Source: a virus
DNA length: 64,000 nucleotides
Strand: one strand, 5' to 3'
Virus record (IMG/VR): IMGVR_UViG_3300046706_000011
Span: 1 to 64,000 of that record
Part shown: positions 46,001 to 55,941 of the stretch, piece after piece
Position numbering within the stretch: the first letter of the stretch is position 1
Layout of the letters: every line of letters begins with the position of its first letter
Notes under the pieces: generated by a model
Databases searched by the model: none
What the model was told of the DNA's origin: nothing
The model's input: the letters and a program-made list of their open reading frames with translations, nothing else
Program-made: the position numbers and the translations under genes

Positions 46001-46290
46001 GGGGCGATCCCGACCGTGCCGTCCGCCGCGCGGGAGCGGTGGACGAGCTGGGTGCGGGCCTGGGACTCGACCAGGGTCCCCAGGTAGTCGAAGGACGTCG
46101 GGTGCGTGTAGGGCCGCGGGACGTTGGCGGCGAAGGACGCCCAACGCCCGTCCCCGCCGCGCCCGAGCGCCGGCCCGGCCCGCGACAGCGTCCACTCCAG
46201 GGGCACGGTCCCGTCCGCGAACCAGTCCTCGTCGGCGGGCGGCACGGTCGCGGCGGTCGGGAGCGACCCGATGAACAGCCAGGGCGTCAT
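43018..46290 (-). CDS. Tail fibre/adhesin with two Calx-beta-like and LamG-like domains
   Basis: TVDATAVAGVDY..GAVTFAPG and ATPGADY..TVSFG; duplicated GLLVE..TRA-D modules. Confidence 0.7.
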   Translation of the reverse strand: MTPWLFIGSLPTAATVPPADEDWFADGTVPLEWTLSRAGPALGRGGDGRWASFAANVPRPYTHPTSFDYLGTLVESQARTQLVHRSRAADGTVGIAPVAATAGTDPAVQTPFGLGATRIVPTTAAAEHGFGLPSGSALMSPIGDNATVSFRFVFRFFGPQYETGLFILTDRTNTTATVLFTTAGGGAATPGGSRVAASLEPDRDGFWELRMTMAYQAGTTAPACNLLLLPASGTRSHAGDGTSGILVAYLGAEIGPDCTSPILTDGTVAVTRAPDALACAPDWLGPGAKTFGLQYTPLSDAPTAILSGFGPDLLDLRQEPTGLTFTAATAGAAAGQVNLSAQLSGPSPAVRSERTVVVVAGPDEFRLVSDGTVLATDSAGAVPSSLSALRIGAEPSGANAGAVVLRRLKYWRRSLSGPEARVFSTDLSAAGREVVRPALDIQPTRAVPPSETTVALVVGLTGVPTGPGVSWRTVDATAVAGVDYVGARGAVTFAPGSYAARIDVALASRSTAADRTFFIDLIGPAGAVLGPRRCAVTLRRAARQEPVAAVANTFGAALPAEWSLTRGGAARARNAAGAWVAVAANAPRHHFLTPAASGLLVEPAAAEQRLYDGVDPGFVATASTKALDTATAVPTGTRSLRWRIDGTATAHKMTLALSASNSDMPTGEFTLSAIVRPVGGLPYWTLRTKGIDNVWMLAVYGLSGAGSVVLSDTGTVAAVEADPILPGWYTVSMDRAQAGSAGVGAEIELFPSDALGNPAAVAAGNEFSGDFTAEFGAPSEPPGIDVAHLQVEPGAGYSSPIVPAPGATAKTVRAADVLRATGTWFQRRTYSLGIRFARLRDVPTVQRVFQSKDIPSGGVDNDVVNVEGGVVLARLHTAGADLPTLVGGANVRGAPHTALLVVDHAARFALFDAGAKRGETPVGVAGAASPLTVTSLRIGAGEPTGANPASLLVQAVRQWTAALPDADAAPRSGNLAYAAPPPEEPPPLVGIPAALSAAEGGTVTVPVTKAGAGACSVRFRTVAHAATPGADYTAVDQTVSFGSSDTVVNIPVQVSSDAAADPGETFRIELVAGTAFGCVLGNAIGTVTVA

Positions 46291-46293
46291 CGG

Positions 46294-47745
46294 TCACGCC
46301 GTCCGGTAGTAGATGGCGAACGCAAGGTCGGCGCAGTCGGCGGACGGGTTGGACAGGGTCAGGGACAGCTCGCTGCCGGCCGGGGTCGGGATGACCTGGG
46401 AGACCACGGCCTCGCCCGGCGTGGCGGAGGCGGTCCCCGCCAGCCCGCCCGCGCCCTGGGCGTCGGAACCGACGACCACGCCGCCGGCCCGGACCTGGAA
46501 GGCGACGGTGCCGGACGCGGTCCGGGTCCGCACGCTGGTGACGGCGACGTCGGCGGGCGTGCCGAGGACGAGGACGTAGTCCTTGGCCTCCGGGCTCCCG
46601 ACGAGCCCGGGGACCACCCCCGGCAGGCCGAGGATGCGCCGCCCGTTGGTCTCCAGGTCGTTGCCGAGCCGGGGCGCGGGGTCCTGCACGAGGGCCGCGA
46701 GGCCGGCGGGCGGGACGTCGGAGCCGCGCCACGTCCCGTCGTCGGAGCGCCGGAGGTACTGGCCGGGGGTGGCGTCGGCGGACAGGACGCCCGCGAGGTC
46801 GGACAGGGCGGGCGGGCGGAACGTGACGCTGTAGGAGGTGCCGTCCGCCGACAGCGTGGTGGCGAAGCGGGCGGCCTCCAGGGACAGGGTCCGGAACTGG
46901 AGGTCGGCGCCGGACTTCTGGCGGAAGAGCTGGACCGCGCCGGTCCCGACGTTGGACGCGGTGTTGGCCTCGCCGCCGGGGGTCCCGGCCCCCGTGGCGC
47001 TGACGACGACGTCGTTGGCGTCCTGGGTGACGGTGATGCCGACGCCGGGCCGGATGCCGCGGAACTCCAGGTTGGCGCCGGACTTGCGCGCGAACACGCC
47101 GACCGAGGTGCCCGACCCGGCGTTGGAGGCGGTGTTGGCCTCGCCCGGCGCGGGGACGGTGATCGTCACGTCGTCCGGGTTCTCGGCGATGCTCACCGAG
47201 CCGTTGGCCTTGAGGCGGCGGAACTCCAGGGTCGAGCCGTTCCGCTGCTTGAAGACCGTGGCGCCGCCCGTGCCGACGTTGGCCCCGTCCACCGACCCGC
47301 CCCCGGCCGCGCCCGGCCCCCAGCTCCCGTCCGCGAACCGGGTCAGCACCTGCCCGTTCGACGCGCCCGACACGGCGACGTCCTGGAGGTCGTCGAGCAG
47401 CCGGACGCCGCCGCCGGTCGAGGGGATGTCGGCGTCGATCTCCTGGATCGCGCGGGCGATGACGAGGACGGCGTCCACGTCGCCCGGCTCCGGGACCGGA
47501 TAGCCGCGCAGGGGCGTGAAGCTGGTCGTGATCCAGTAGGACGCCCCCGCCCGCGTGACGCCCTGGTACGGCGCGGAGAGCACGACCTCGGTGTCGGACG
47601 GGACGGAGGCGACCGTGTACGAGGCCCGCTCGCCCGACAGGACGAGCATGGCGCCGGGCTCGACGGCGGCCGTCCAGGCGGTCCCGTCGCCCCGGACCGT
47701 CGAGGAGTTGCTGGTGACCGAGACGGTGCCGGCGCGGTATTGCAT
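46294..47745 (-). CDS. Tail fibre protein
   Basis: YRAGTVSVT..VRGDGTAW N-terminus; repeated GEANTASN..K.G..L.FR; LDDLQDV repeat. Confidence 0.8.
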   Translation of the reverse strand: MQYRAGTVSVTSNSSTVRGDGTAWTAAVEPGAMLVLSGERASYTVASVPSDTEVVLSAPYQGVTRAGASYWITTSFTPLRGYPVPEPGDVDAVLVIARAIQEIDADIPSTGGGVRLLDDLQDVAVSGASNGQVLTRFADGSWGPGAAGGGSVDGANVGTGGATVFKQRNGSTLEFRRLKANGSVSIAENPDDVTITVPAPGEANTASNAGSGTSVGVFARKSGANLEFRGIRPGVGITVTQDANDVVVSATGAGTPGGEANTASNVGTGAVQLFRQKSGADLQFRTLSLEAARFATTLSADGTSYSVTFRPPALSDLAGVLSADATPGQYLRRSDDGTWRGSDVPPAGLAALVQDPAPRLGNDLETNGRRILGLPGVVPGLVGSPEAKDYVLVLGTPADVAVTSVRTRTASGTVAFQVRAGGVVVGSDAQGAGGLAGTASATPGEAVVSQVIPTPAGSELSLTLSNPSADCADLAFAIYYRTA

Positions 47746-47803
47746 CAAATCACTCCGGACAGGGGGAGGCCCGCCCCGGGGAGCGGGTCCGGGATGGGGG
47801 AGG

Positions 47804-48247
47804 TCACGCCTTCGGGGGCTCCGGGGGCGGCGTGCCGATGCCGTCGAGGACCGCGGCGGCCTGGGCCACGGCGGCGTCGATGGCGGCGGCGCCGGGGGCG
47901 GCGCGCACCTGGGCCTTGGCCGCGACGCTGACCTGCTCGACGGCGGCGGCGACCTGCTGCCACTGGCGGTTCATGTCCAGCCACAGGGCGGCGAGGTCCC
48001 CGGCGGTCGGCGCCGTGGCGCCGGTCTCCGCCGCGAGGTAGGGGAAGCGGTCCATGTCGATGGGGGTCCCGGCGGCCTGGGCGGCGAGGTAGGCTTCCGC
48101 CTCGGCGCGCTTGTCCGCGTAGATCTGGTGCTTGCCGGGGGTCGCGAACCGGGCGCGGGTGCGGTCGGCGGCTTGGTCGATGGCGACCTCGCCGCGGTGG
48201 CGCAGCAGGGCGAGGTTCTTGGCGGCGACGATGCGGGACAGGGTCAC
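47804..48247 (-). CDS. Tail fibre assembly/chaperone protein
   Basis: IDQAA..R..Y..KRAEAEAY..FPYLAAE pattern; position in the tail module. Confidence 0.65.
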   Translation of the reverse strand: MTLSRIVAAKNLALLRHRGEVAIDQAADRTRARFATPGKHQIYADKRAEAEAYLAAQAAGTPIDMDRFPYLAAETGATAPTAGDLAALWLDMNRQWQQVAAAVEQVSVAAKAQVRAAPGAAAIDAAVAQAAAVLDGIGTPPPEPPKA

Positions 48248-48705
48248 GTCGCGGTGATCTCCACGCGATAGGGCAGGAACGGGAAGTGCCGGACCTCGAC
48301 CACGTAGGTGCCCGGATCGGCGGCGGCGAACACGAAGCCGCCGCCCTCGACCTCCTGGACGGTCGTCTCGACCAGCGGGTCCGGGGCGTCGATGACGATC
48401 GTGCAGGGATCGGGCAGGCCGGTCAGGACGGACTCGTCCACGCCGCCCGCCTCGACGGCGGCCTTGGAGACCTGGACCTGCATCGCGGGGCGGTCGAGCA
48501 CGGCCAGCCGCCCGGCGAGCGTCCCGACGTAGTGGAGGTCCGGGTCGGCGGCCCGATCGATGATGGCGTGCTCCTCCCCGCCCCAGACGGCGAGGTTGGC
48601 GGCGAGCTGCGCGTCGAGCATGTCCGTCCCGCCGGAGATCCCGCCGGCCGACACGACGAGCCCGCTGTCGATGCGGTAGACGGCGAAGGGGACGGCCCCG
48701 GTCAA
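48244..48705 (-). CDS. Tail-associated hypothetical protein
   Basis: TTGA coupling with J; beta-rich C-terminus. Confidence 0.6.
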   Translation of the reverse strand: MTGAVPFAVYRIDSGLVVSAGGISGGTDMLDAQLAANLAVWGGEEHAIIDRAADPDLHYVGTLAGRLAVLDRPAMQVQVSKAAVEAGGVDESVLTGLPDPCTIVIDAPDPLVETTVQEVEGGGFVFAAADPGTYVVEVRHFPFLPYRVEITAT

Positions 48706-51700
48706 CGCTTGTACTCCACGACGGTGATGGTGGCGCCCGCCACCGTCGTCCAGACGCTTCCGGTGTCGAGCTTCTGGTAGATGAAGGTGGTCGTGCTGCC
48801 GGCGGGGCGGTTGGTGACGGCTTGGTCCATGATGACGGTGCCGGACGCGCCGGAGGCGACGGCGATCTGCGCCCCGTTGGCGACGATGCGGACGGACTCC
48901 ACGGTGATGTTCGGGGTCGCGACCAGCCCGTTGGCGATGACGTGCATGGGGCCGCCCGTGGTGCTGACCATGGCGACGGCCCCGGACCGGGAATAGGCCA
49001 TGGCCGTGACGGCCCCGGCGCGGATCTTGCCGGTGCTGACGGCCTCGCCGTTGATGTTGAACTCGCCGACGATGTTGACGCCCAGCCCGTTGGCGGTCAG
49101 CACCTCCTGGCCGAAGCGGTTCCGGACGTAGAGGCCGTCGAGGTCGAGGTTCGGCGTCTGGCTGATCTGCCCGACGATCACGCGGTCGATGCCGTTCGCG
49201 TCGATGAAGAGGAAGCGGCGCCAGCCCGCCCGCCCGCCCTGGATGTGCAGGTGGCCGTAGCCCGGCATGACCTGCCCGACGATGACGTCGTCGGCCTGGA
49301 TGGTCCCGCCCCACAGCTTGTCGAAGGCCATGTTTATGATGTGGCCGTCGTGCAGGACGGCGTTGGCGATGTGCGCCCCGTTGATGGTGGCGGTGCCGAT
49401 CTGGGCGCTGTTGGTGATGAGCGTCCCGGTGCTCAGTTCCCGCGCGCTGATGGTGTTGGCCTGGATGCGGTTGGCGTGGACCGTGCCGGTCCGGATGGTG
49501 TCCCCGTCGATCACGGTCAGGCCGAAGTGGCAGTACAGGAAGACGCCGCCCGCGTAGTAGCCCACGACGACGTTGCTGGGGGATGCCTGGACGGCCGGGT
49601 CGGTCGTCGCGGCGATGCCCCCGGCGCCGGGATACCAGTAGAGGTACAGGAGCGGGCCGGTGAACTGGGCGCTGCCGGCGACGATGCCCTCCGTCGCGTT
49701 GCCGGTCCCGGCGTCGTTCGGATAGGTCGCGAAGCCGGCCGACCACGCGACGGTGTTGGTCTCCTTGCGGGCCTCGAACTGGATGCCGACGAAATCGACG
49801 GCCCGGCTCCCGACGGCGAGGCTGTTGGCGCGGATGCTCCCGGTCGCGATGGTGCCGCCGTTGATCTTGGTGTTGTCGCCGCCGAAGCGCCAGCTCGCCA
49901 GCGTCGTCCCGCCGGATATGGCGATCCGGCCGGGGTCGATCTGGGTGGTGCCGGCGTTGATGGCCAGCGCCGGGTCGCCGCCGCCCTGGACGATCTGCGA
50001 CAGTTGCCGCCCGTCCACGGTGACCGAGCCCGAGAGCACCGAGCCCGCCCGGATCTTGGAGGCGTCGAGGCTCGCGATCTTGGCGTCGTCGATCGTGCCG
50101 TCCTTGATGAAGGCGTTGGATATGCTGAGTTCCTGGTAGTCGGCTTCCTCGACCTTGCGGGCGCGGCCCAGGACGCCGCCGGTCGTCGATGCCGGGTAGA
50201 AGCCCGATCGGTTCCCGGAGCGGTCCACCGCGCGTATCCAGTACCAGCGGGTCTCCCCGGCCGGCATTCCCTCGCGGGCGAAGGTGGTCCCGGGCGCATG
50301 GGCGACGAGTCCGGACTGCGCGCGGTCGTCGGCCGGCGCCTCCCAGACCTCCATGTGGCTGAAGTCGGGGGCCGGGTGCCGGGCCCATTGGAGCCAGACG
50401 GTCCGGAAGCTGGAGACCGCGGCCAGCGTCTCGGGGGTGGCCGGGGCCTCGGTGTCGCCGCCGATGGTGATGGAGACCGGGTCGCTGTAGGGCGAGGCGT
50501 TCGAGATGTTGTCCGTGGCGCGGACCTTGACCGAGTAGGTCGCCCCCGCGTCCACGACCCACTCGTAGGCCGGCTGGTCGGCGAGGTAGTAGACATAGTC
50601 GCCGCCGGCCTGGGCGATGGCGACGCCGTACTGGAGGAAGTCGCCCTCGGTGTTCGCGTTCCAGGTGGCGCGCAGCCGGTACGTCGGGGTGCCGTCCGGG
50701 CCGACCGTCGCGGAGGTCGTGAGCGCGATGCCGGTCGGGACGGCGGGCGGGATGAAGTCGGGCGGCTTGACACCGCCCACGGCGACCCGGAACTCGGCCG
50801 AGACGTTGAGCCCGGTCTTGCCGAAGCTGTCGTAGGCCGCGACGCGGACGAACCGGACGGAGGACTCCGGGACCCGGACCACGGCGTAGGTGCTGTCGCC
50901 CTCGTAGGCCAGGGTCGCGGGGCCGGGGGCGTATCCCGTGGCCTCGCCGAGCCACACCAGGGTGCCGGCGTAGTCCAGGTCCCCGGGGCGGTCGAAGCTG
51001 ACGAAGATGCTCCCGACGCCGGGCAGGATCTGGAGGTTGGTCGGCTGCGCGGGCGCCGGGTTGCTGACGTCGAGGTCGGCGGGGCGCGAGTAGTTTCCCC
51101 ACTTGTCGCGCATCAGCACTTCGAACCGGAAGGCCCGGTAGGGTCCCCCGGCGGACCGGGCGTTCTTCTCGAAGGTGAAGGCGTAGCGGGTCTCGTTCGT
51201 GTGGTCGGTGAAGACGAGCGCCCCGGAGGGGCCGTAGACCCGGACCTCGAAGTCCCGGAAGATCGCGTCGAGGTACCCGGCGCCGGCCGCCGGTTCCTGG
51301 CCGACCGGGTAGGCGCCGCGGATCGCGGTCGCGCGCCACACGAAGACGGGGTCGCGCCCGCCGAAGACGGTGTCGTTGCCCTGGCCCTCAAGCTCAAGCC
51401 CGGTCGGGCGCAGCAGGGTGATGGGGGACTCGTTGAGGATGTCCACCCGGAGGATGGCGGGCAGGCTCATGGAGCCCGCGAAGTTGACCGCCAGGACGTG
51501 GAAGGTGTAGGAGCCGGCGCCCTCGCCGTAGATCGTCGCGGTGGTCGAGGGGTTCTCGGGAAGGGCCTGCCACGCGCCGAGGTTCTTCTGCCAGCGGACG
51601 ACGTAGCCGCGCACGAAGGGGTCGGGGGAACCGGTCCAGGTGACCTGGAGGGCGTCGGTGAAGCCGGTCGGGGTCGAGATGTACTCGCGGGTGACGTTGA

Positions 51701-53609
51701 CGTCGGAGGGCGGCGCGACGACGCCGGGGTTCGGCAGGCGGGTGAACGGGGGGCGCTCGAACTGGATGCCCTGCTCGACGCGGGCGTACTTGGTCGGGTC
51801 GTGGATGATGGCGCTGACCGAGAACTCCAGGTCGTCGTCTTCCTTGATGCCCAGGATCTTGAACGGCCTCGGGGCGAGGAGCGTGGAGGTGACGATCCAG
51901 CTCGACTCGGGGAGGGGTGCGGCGCTGAAAGCCGGCGATACCGTCAGGCTCTCGTGGGTGCCGGGTCCGAGCGCGACGTTGCGGGTCTCGACCGTGCCGT
52001 TCGGCAGGGTCGCCATCAGCTTGTAGCTGCTGCCCGCCTCGATGGGGAAGGGCGCGTCGAGCCGGACGACGGACGGGCTGGCGCTGACGACCTTGCCGCC
52101 CGAGCGGAGGTTGGCGTAGTCGGGGTCCGCGACCGCCGCGACGGTGCCGGGATTGACGTTCAGGTGGTTGAGCGAGCACTTGTACCCAAGTCCCTCCGAC
52201 TGGGTCTTCTCGGTGTCGAGCGTCCACTTGCCGAGCCGGTGGGCCTGCCCGCGCGAGGTGCAGGCGAAGGCGTTGATCTCGACGGGGTTCCAGCCGTAGC
52301 GCTCGATGCCGTCGGCGTCCTCGACGGTCTCGATGCTCTGCTCGTAGCTCGCCTCCTTGTCGAGGTAGCTGACCAGGGCGACCGTGTGGCGGGCCTTGAG
52401 CGCCGCGCCCGTGTACTCGAAGCCGTCCACGGTGTCGGCCTGGGAGACCAGGACGTCCGGGTCGCGCGGCATGTCGGCGACGACCGAGACGGCCCCGGCG
52501 CTCCAGTAGGTCATGGCGCGGAAGCTGGAGGCCAGCGCGTTGATGACCGAGTACGCCTCGGTCCGGGAATTCAGGACGAAGTTCGCGGAGAAGCGGGGCT
52601 CGAACCCGCCGAACCCGTCCGGGACGCGCTCGGTGCAGTAGCGCGAGATCTCGTAGAGCGCCCACTTGTCCACCTGCGAGTCCTGCATCCCCGCGCCGGC
52701 CGGGTGGGTGAGGAGGTGGTAGTAGAGCCACGCCGGGTCGTCGGTCCACTGCCGCTTGAAGGCGCCGTCCCAGAAGGACGACAGGTAGGTGCGCGTCTCG
52801 CCGTCCAGGATGGTCGGGACGCGGACGATCCAGCCCTTCCAGTCGTACGCGCGGCTGGGCACGTTGTTGCCGAACAGCTCGCCGTCCACCTGGACGCCGA
52901 CGAGCGCGGTGCGCCGGTAGGTCAGCGCGAGGTCCACCAGCTCCGTGAAGCTGTCGAAGTTCAGCGTGTTCTGCTCGGTGGCGAGCGTGCTGTCGGGGGT
53001 CAGGCGCCAGACCTGGACGTCCCAGGGGCCGGCGCCGCCGAGCGGGAGGCGGTAGGACTCCTGGTACGCCCCCATGTTCTTGCCGTCGATGGCCTGGGGG
53101 TAGTCGGTCCAGGAGGCGGTCGGGGTGACGCGGCGGATGCGGACGACGAAATCGACGCGGCTGCCGTTGGTGTCGCCCGTGACGGTGTCCTGCCGGAAGA
53201 TCGACGGCAGGCCGACCGTGACCCGCACGGCGTTGGCGTCGAGGTTGCTGATGCGGCGGGTGACGGCGAAGGCGGCGCCGGCCTTGACGGTGACGCCGAC
53301 CGAATGGGGGGTCTCGACCGCCGGGAAGCCCCGGACCCAGTCCTGGTCGGACGTGCCCGTCCGCTGCTCCCACGAGACGCCGGTGAAGTTGAAGCTGCCG
53401 TCGATGTTCTGGAGCGGGGTCCGGTCGAAGAAGATCGACTTGGCACCGTTGGCGAGCCCGACGCACTCGCCCTCGCAGATCGCGTCGAGGATGCGCGCGG
53501 TGGCCTTCGACCGGAGGGTGTTCGCGGCCTCGATCGGAGTTCTTGGCGCCGTGCTTCCGCTCGACGACGACCCGCCCTTGGCGCCGTGGATGCGGTAGCC
53601 GTCCGTCAT
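48702..53609 (-). CDS. Host-specificity/central tail tip protein (lambda J-like) with FN3-like repeats
   Basis: GAKGG, DAICEGE, WTDDPAW, YCTERVPDG..EPRF, CTSRGQAHRLGKW. Confidence 0.95.
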   Translation of the reverse strand: MTDGYRIHGAKGGSSSSGSTAPRTPIEAANTLRSKATARILDAICEGECVGLANGAKSIFFDRTPLQNIDGSFNFTGVSWEQRTGTSDQDWVRGFPAVETPHSVGVTVKAGAAFAVTRRISNLDANAVRVTVGLPSIFRQDTVTGDTNGSRVDFVVRIRRVTPTASWTDYPQAIDGKNMGAYQESYRLPLGGAGPWDVQVWRLTPDSTLATEQNTLNFDSFTELVDLALTYRRTALVGVQVDGELFGNNVPSRAYDWKGWIVRVPTILDGETRTYLSSFWDGAFKRQWTDDPAWLYYHLLTHPAGAGMQDSQVDKWALYEISRYCTERVPDGFGGFEPRFSANFVLNSRTEAYSVINALASSFRAMTYWSAGAVSVVADMPRDPDVLVSQADTVDGFEYTGAALKARHTVALVSYLDKEASYEQSIETVEDADGIERYGWNPVEINAFACTSRGQAHRLGKWTLDTEKTQSEGLGYKCSLNHLNVNPGTVAAVADPDYANLRSGGKVVSASPSVVRLDAPFPIEAGSSYKLMATLPNGTVETRNVALGPGTHESLTVSPAFSAAPLPESSWIVTSTLLAPRPFKILGIKEDDDLEFSVSAIIHDPTKYARVEQGIQFERPPFTRLPNPGVVAPPSDVNVTREYISTPTGFTDALQVTWTGSPDPFVRGYVVRWQKNLGAWQALPENPSTTATIYGEGAGSYTFHVLAVNFAGSMSLPAILRVDILNESPITLLRPTGLELEGQGNDTVFGGRDPVFVWRATAIRGAYPVGQEPAAGAGYLDAIFRDFEVRVYGPSGALVFTDHTNETRYAFTFEKNARSAGGPYRAFRFEVLMRDKWGNYSRPADLDVSNPAPAQPTNLQILPGVGSIFVSFDRPGDLDYAGTLVWLGEATGYAPGPATLAYEGDSTYAVVRVPESSVRFVRVAAYDSFGKTGLNVSAEFRVAVGGVKPPDFIPPAVPTGIALTTSATVGPDGTPTYRLRATWNANTEGDFLQYGVAIAQAGGDYVYYLADQPAYEWVVDAGATYSVKVRATDNISNASPYSDPVSITIGGDTEAPATPETLAAVSSFRTVWLQWARHPAPDFSHMEVWEAPADDRAQSGLVAHAPGTTFAREGMPAGETRWYWIRAVDRSGNRSGFYPASTTGGVLGRARKVEEADYQELSISNAFIKDGTIDDAKIASLDASKIRAGSVLSGSVTVDGRQLSQIVQGGGDPALAINAGTTQIDPGRIAISGGTTLASWRFGGDNTKINGGTIATGSIRANSLAVGSRAVDFVGIQFEARKETNTVAWSAGFATYPNDAGTGNATEGIVAGSAQFTGPLLYLYWYPGAGGIAATTDPAVQASPSNVVVGYYAGGVFLYCHFGLTVIDGDTIRTGTVHANRIQANTISARELSTGTLITNSAQIGTATINGAHIANAVLHDGHIINMAFDKLWGGTIQADDVIVGQVMPGYGHLHIQGGRAGWRRFLFIDANGIDRVIVGQISQTPNLDLDGLYVRNRFGQEVLTANGLGVNIVGEFNINGEAVSTGKIRAGAVTAMAYSRSGAVAMVSTTGGPMHVIANGLVATPNITVESVRIVANGAQIAVASGASGTVIMDQAVTNRPAGSTTTFIYQKLDTGSVWTTVAGATITVVEYKR

Positions 53610-54235
53610 ACCGGCATCTTCTCGGTGTAGATGCCGGCGCTGATCACCAATCCGCCCACCAGCATCCTCCCGCCCACGATGGGAATGGGGTTGCCCTGGA
53701 GGGTGGTGTTGACCTGCCCGCCGAGGAGGAAGGAGGGCCGGTCCTCGGGACGCTCATACCCGCTCAGGCTGGGCGTCTTGGGGATCGGCGTCAGGAGCTG
53801 GGCGATGCCCCCGAAGGTGAGGGCAGCCCCGAACAGGGCGACGGTGCCCCAGGAGAGCGAGGAGAAGACGCCGCCGGTGAGGCCCGCGATGGCGCCGAAC
53901 GTGCCGCCCGACGCGATGGCCGCGACCGAGATCAGGGCGATGCCGAGGATGGTCTTTCCCAGGCCGCTGCGCTTGCGGCCCGTGACGGTCGGGACGATGT
54001 GGACGGGCCTTCCCGGCGGCAGTTGGAAAGCCAGCAGGTCCTCGGTCAGCCTCTCGCCGGTCCTCGCGGCGCCGACGACGATGCGGTAGGCGCCCTTGGC
54101 GAGTTCGGCGCGGAAGCCGGGCAGGTTGGCGGCCAGCGCGCGGACGACCTCCTGGACGGACGAGGCTTCGAACGAGAAGGGTCCCTTGAACCGGGACCGG
54201 AGGCGGCCGTGCAGGAAGACCCGTCGAAGCGTCAT
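53606..54235 (-). CDS. Tail assembly protein (lambda I-like)
   Basis: VFLHGRL, VHIVP, QLLTP, NTTLQGNPIPIVGG. Confidence 0.9.
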   Translation of the reverse strand: MTLRRVFLHGRLRSRFKGPFSFEASSVQEVVRALAANLPGFRAELAKGAYRIVVGAARTGERLTEDLLAFQLPPGRPVHIVPTVTGRKRSGLGKTILGIALISVAAIASGGTFGAIAGLTGGVFSSLSWGTVALFGAALTFGGIAQLLTPIPKTPSLSGYERPEDRPSFLLGGQVNTTLQGNPIPIVGGRMLVGGLVISAGIYTEKMPV

Positions 54236-54243
54236 CGGGACCC

Positions 54244-55044
54244 TTACCCTTCGTAACGGAGGTAGTTCGTGACGTACTCAAGCCACGGCGCGGCGGGCTC
54301 GCGGCGGGACAGGCGGCGGCGCAGGTGGTGAAGTATTGTCCCGTCCCCAAGGTAGACGCCGCCGTGGTTGGTGACCGGGGCCTGGACCTGGGCGAGGAAC
54401 ACGTCGCCCGCGCGCAGCTCGTCGCGCCCGATGGGGCGGAACCCGGCGGCGGCGAAGTTCTCCAGGTACAGGTTCTTGGGCACCAGGGGGTTCCCCGCGT
54501 CGTCCCGGTCGGTCCACCATGCGAAGTCGCGCGGGAAGTCGGGCAGGGCGACGGGGGCGCCGAACGCCTGGGCGACGATGCCGAACTCGTCGGCCCGGTA
54601 GAAGTCCCGGATCAGGGAATAGCAGTCGAGGATGCCGTGGACGAAGGGGCGCCCGACCAGAGGCGCCACGGGGATGCCGTCCCCCCACCACAGGACGGTC
54701 TCGTGGCTGAGTTTGTCAATAACCGTAACCAGCCCCCAGGGGCAAGACATTTGTGCCTGCTGGGCCATGTCGGCGGCGGACGGGCCGGCGAGCAGGGGAC
54801 CGTCCTGGGGGTCGAAGTCGCCCGCGGCCAGCGCGTGGGAGTGGATGACGGCCCTGACTTCGCCCCGGTAGCGGTCCTCGTCGGCGGTGGCGATCGCGAA
54901 CGCCTCGGTGGGCTCGGGGTGGACGTTGTCGAGCGGGACGTACTCCCCGTCCTCGATGACGATGCCGACCGACTCCCGCGGCGCCTCGATCTCGGCATGG
55001 TGGCGGGCGGCGGCGGACGCGGCCGGGAAGATGGCGTCGAACAT
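54244..55044 (-). CDS. Tail assembly protein K-like (JAB plus NlpC/P60)
   Basis: PRESVG, HSH..PSAAD, GRPFVHGILDCYSL, NHGGVY..ILHH. Confidence 0.92.
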   Translation of the reverse strand: MFDAIFPAASAAARHHAEIEAPRESVGIVIEDGEYVPLDNVHPEPTEAFAIATADEDRYRGEVRAVIHSHALAAGDFDPQDGPLLAGPSAADMAQQAQMSCPWGLVTVIDKLSHETVLWWGDGIPVAPLVGRPFVHGILDCYSLIRDFYRADEFGIVAQAFGAPVALPDFPRDFAWWTDRDDAGNPLVPKNLYLENFAAAGFRPIGRDELRAGDVFLAQVQAPVTNHGGVYLGDGTILHHLRRRLSRREPAAPWLEYVTNYLRYEG

Positions 55045-55207
55045 GGCGGGCTTTCTGGCTGCCGGTGGGTGATACCCCTTTATCCTCCGGGGCGTGGGCA
55101 AAAAAAACGGGTTTTCCGTGAAAAAAGTCCTTGGCGCTTCGACATTGTGGGGGTAACGTCCATTTGTTCATTGATTCATTGAACAATCTGTACCCAGGAG
55201 AAACACG

Positions 55208-55708
55208 ATGAAGACGGCCACCGCAGCATCTTCCGCCCCGAACAGGCTCATCGCCCCCGCCCTGGCCGCCTGCCTTCTGGCCGCGTGCCAGCCCCCTGCC
55301 GAGCGGGTCGCCACCACCCAGGACACCGTCACCCTCGACGGCGTGACCATGCACTCCATCGCGTCCCCGCCCCCGGCCGGCGAAGGGCTGACCGGGGCCG
55401 CCGCCGGGACCCTGCTCTCGGCGCTGACGCCCCCCGCCGTCGCCGCCGCGCTGCCCCCGTCGGACATCCCTCTTGTCCAGCGTGCCTTGATCCGCGCCCA
55501 CTCGGCGTCGCCGGGAGAGCGCATCGAATGGAGCAACGGCGACACCGGCAACCACGGCGCGGTGATCCCGTCCGCGATGTTCCGCGACGGCTCCGGCGGC
55601 CCCTGCCGCGCGGTCGTCCACCTAGCCCATGTGGCGGGGCGCGAGCTGTGGGGCGACGCGACGGCGTGCCGGCAGCCGGACGGGACCTGGGCGCGGGGGC
55701 TGTCGTGA
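55208..55708 (+). CDS. Lipoprotein with 17-kDa surface antigen-like C-terminal domain (moron)
   Basis: LAAC lipobox; WSNGDTGNHG..CR..ACRQPDGTW; AGGAG RBS. Confidence 0.8.
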   Translation: MKTATAASSAPNRLIAPALAACLLAACQPPAERVATTQDTVTLDGVTMHSIASPPPAGEGLTGAAAGTLLSALTPPAVAAALPPSDIPLVQRALIRAHSASPGERIEWSNGDTGNHGAVIPSAMFRDGSGGPCRAVVHLAHVAGRELWGDATACRQPDGTWARGLS

Positions 55709-55770
55709 CCGCCCCGGCGCCCAGGCCCTTGCGAACGTCCAGACAAACATCCATGCAGGGAAACGCAGCC

Positions 55771-55941
55771 ATGATCGACATATTCATCGGCAAGCTCGCG
55801 GAGATCGTCACCGGCCTCCTGTGGGCGATCCTGGCGGTCGCCGCGGCTTGGCTCCTGGCGCGATGGCTCCTGGCCCCCGACTACGTGGCCCTGGTCGCTG
55901 CCGACGCGGTGAGGGGTTCGTTCGTCGGGGTCGGGCGTTGA
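55771..55941 (+). CDS. Small TM protein (moron)
   Basis: 56 aa, hydrophobic. Confidence 0.5.
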   Translation: MIDIFIGKLAEIVTGLLWAILAVAAAWLLARWLLAPDYVALVAADAVRGSFVGVGR

